Shown here one piece after another: positions 63,101 through 64,000 of a DNA stretch of 64,000 nucleotides. A program made the translations under genes and the position numbers. Location: positions 768,001-832,000 of the forward strand of contig CBDDEL010000017.1 in the NCBI GenBank assembly GCA_965226885.1, written 5' to 3'. This stretch comes from Opitutales bacterium. GTDB lineage: Bacteria > Verrucomicrobiota > Verrucomicrobiia > Opitutales > UBA2987. The notes beneath the pieces are model-generated. The model saw nothing but the letters and a program-made list of their open reading frames with translations. It did no database searches and had not been told where the DNA came from. How positions within the stretch are numbered: position 1 is the first letter of the stretch; each line of letters opens with the position of its first letter.

Positions 63101-64000
63101 ATGAAAGCGCGCTTTCTTATTCTACTATTTTTTTTCATCAACTTCCCGTCCATGCGGGGAGAGATGGTTATTGAAAAACCGGAAGCCCCGCCGCCATCTT
63201 CATTGCCCAAAGGGGTCGTGGCGGTTTCCGATCTTGTTTATCGAGAGGTGGCATCCAAACCGTTGAAACTGGATATCTATCGGCCTGAGGTGGAAGTATC
63301 GGAAGCCTTGCCCCTGGTCGTTTACATCCACGGCGGCGGCTACCGCAGGGGGAAACGTTCCGAAATCCTGGATATTCCTTTTTTCCGGAATTCACTTCTC
63401 GAACTTGTGGCGGACAAAAAAGTTATCCTCGCCTCTATCGATTTCAGCAAAGGCAGCAAGAAATCGCCCCTCAGCGCATTGTTCGATGATTGCCGGAGCG
63501 CCGTCGTCTGGTTGAAAGAGAATGCGGGCGAATACGGCATCGATGCCTCCAAAGTGGGATTATTAGGCAATACCAGCGGTGGGCATCTCGCTCTCATGAC
63601 CGGTCTCGATGACGGAGCGATTTCTTTTATCATCGCCTTTGGCCCGGTCACCGATTTGTGCAAAATCGCCCTGTCGGTGGCCGACAGCGAGGAAAAAGAT
63701 GATAAAAAAATTCGCACCCAACTGAAATACGGCCTCGGCGGGACGGTGGAGGAAGTTCCTCAAAACTACATCGATGCCAGCCCGGTGAATTTTATCGGCA
63801 AATCTTCCCCGCCCGTCCTTTTGATCACCGGTGAAGAGGATATACTTTTTAAGCAATCCCAAATACTGCAGGACAAAAGCCTGCAAATGGGAGCCGATTT
63901 GCGGCTGCTGAAAGTGAAAAATGCCGGGGAGGCGGTCTATGTTGTTGAGGATTATCCTGAAAGATCGCCGGATTTGTGCGAATTGACTAAAATCGCAAAC
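63101..64000 (+). CDS. HSL-like alpha/beta hydrolase fold protein, runs off the window edge
   Basis: Open frame from ATG 63101: LKLDIYRP, YIHGGG, WLKENAGEYGIDASKV, GNTSGGHLA. Confidence 0.85.
   Translation, partial: MKARFLILLFFFINFPSMRGEMVIEKPEAPPPSSLPKGVVAVSDLVYREVASKPLKLDIYRPEVEVSEALPLVVYIHGGGYRRGKRSEILDIPFFRNSLLELVADKKVILASIDFSKGSKKSPLSALFDDCRSAVVWLKENAGEYGIDASKVGLLGNTSGGHLALMTGLDDGAISFIIAFGPVTDLCKIALSVADSEEKDDKKIRTQLKYGLGGTVEEVPQNYIDASPVNFIGKSSPPVLLITGEEDILFKQSQILQDKSLQMGADLRLLKVKNAGEAVYVVEDYPERSPDLCELTKIAN

Overview
A 64-kb bacterial chromosome segment. The lineage is probably Verrucomicrobiota/PVC; this is an inference from gene content and was not checked by search. GC-rich housekeeping blocks (rodA-RNase E/G; tyrS-Prx-acnA-STAS-PP2C-trpB-yicC; a glycan locus; transport and redox genes) alternate with AT-rich accessory islands broken up by a recent transposon burst. 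The mobile elements are 4 copies of a ~1.8-kb IS5-like/ISNCY element, 8 copies of a 298-bp MITE with the same termini and a TA-N2/3-TA target, 2 copies of a 190-bp MITE, 5 IS1 copies, and single IS3, IS4 and IS21 elements. Removing them in silico restores several hidden genes: (i) a three-gene operon of a standalone colicin-E3-type RNase toxin, a 103-aa partner and an ImmA/IrrE metallopeptidase (candidate protease-triggered toxin/defence system); (ii) a P-loop ATPase-restriction-endonuclease fusion; (iii) a membrane-anchored protein paired with a secreted hydrolase; (iv) several sulfotransferases. The right half holds a tandem array of five diverged HTH-like/O-antigen-ligase-like/TPR genes downstream of a priming glycosyltransferase. 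No rRNA, tRNA or CRISPR array was seen.
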